Below the pieces are notes generated by a model that worked only from the letters and a program-made list of their open reading frames with translations, searched no databases and was not told the DNA's origin. Shown piece after piece: positions 63,728 to 64,000 of a stretch of DNA of 64,000 nt (position 1 is its first letter; every line of letters begins with the position of its first letter). The translations under genes were made by a program, and so were the position numbers. This stretch comes from Octopus sinensis (Eukaryota): NCBI RefSeq assembly GCF_006345805.1, contig NC_043024.1, positions 6,324,001-6,388,000 on the forward strand. Direction: 5' to 3'.

Positions 63728-64000
63728 ATCCAAATGAGTAGTGATGCAACATTCCATGTGCATATTGCCAGGATGGCAACACTGTGTAGGCAAATAGCTG
63801 GATGTATCCTTAGATCATTCTGGATCATTCAGAACCAGTAAAAAAGGGATACCTTGCTACTCCTATGGGGGACATTTGTTCTCAGTCGTCTGGATAACTG
63901 CTACCAACAGCAGTCACCGTAGAGCATGAAACTGTTGGTGGAACTTGAGGCAACCTAGTGCCACTACGCAAAGAAGATAGACTTGGTGAAACAGATGAGC
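63728..64000 (+). pseudogene. Decayed CR1-type LINE ORF2 fragment (post-RT region), cut by window edge
   Basis: MSSDATFHVHIARMATLCRQIAGCILRSF..FVLSRLDNC..SP*..LLVELEA..HYAKKI with several stops. Confidence 0.7.

Overview
This is eukaryotic, AT-rich genomic DNA dominated by repeats. The SINE families, RTE 3' tails and extreme microsatellite density look like Octopus (cephalopod); that assignment is an inference. No intact host protein-coding gene can be recognised. Nearly all long ORFs in the track are microsatellite read-throughs or transposon remnants. Transposon content: Tc1/mariner (4 copies), hAT and piggyBac-type non-autonomous elements, a Chapaev3-like fragment, Helitron fragments, CR1-type, RTE and R4/Dong LINE remnants, and many tRNA-derived SINEs. 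Beyond routine repeat annotation, the strongest signal is a set of hammerhead ribozyme motifs inside fold-back or duplicated, Penelope-like terminal repeats. These are one canonical minimal type I hammerhead (17509-17554, minus), two mirror copies of a hammerhead with an unusually extended, branched helix II in a 319-bp-arm fold-back (56514-57204), a core-variant family, and several decayed relics. Also notable are a ~230-260 bp tandem array (52.3-53.5 kb), a nested hAT/Dong insertion with exact TSDs, a GC-rich near-intact CR1 RT fragment, and a few orphan exon-like islands. Coordinates were counted by hand, and repeat boundaries are approximate to tens of bp unless TIRs or TSDs are quoted.
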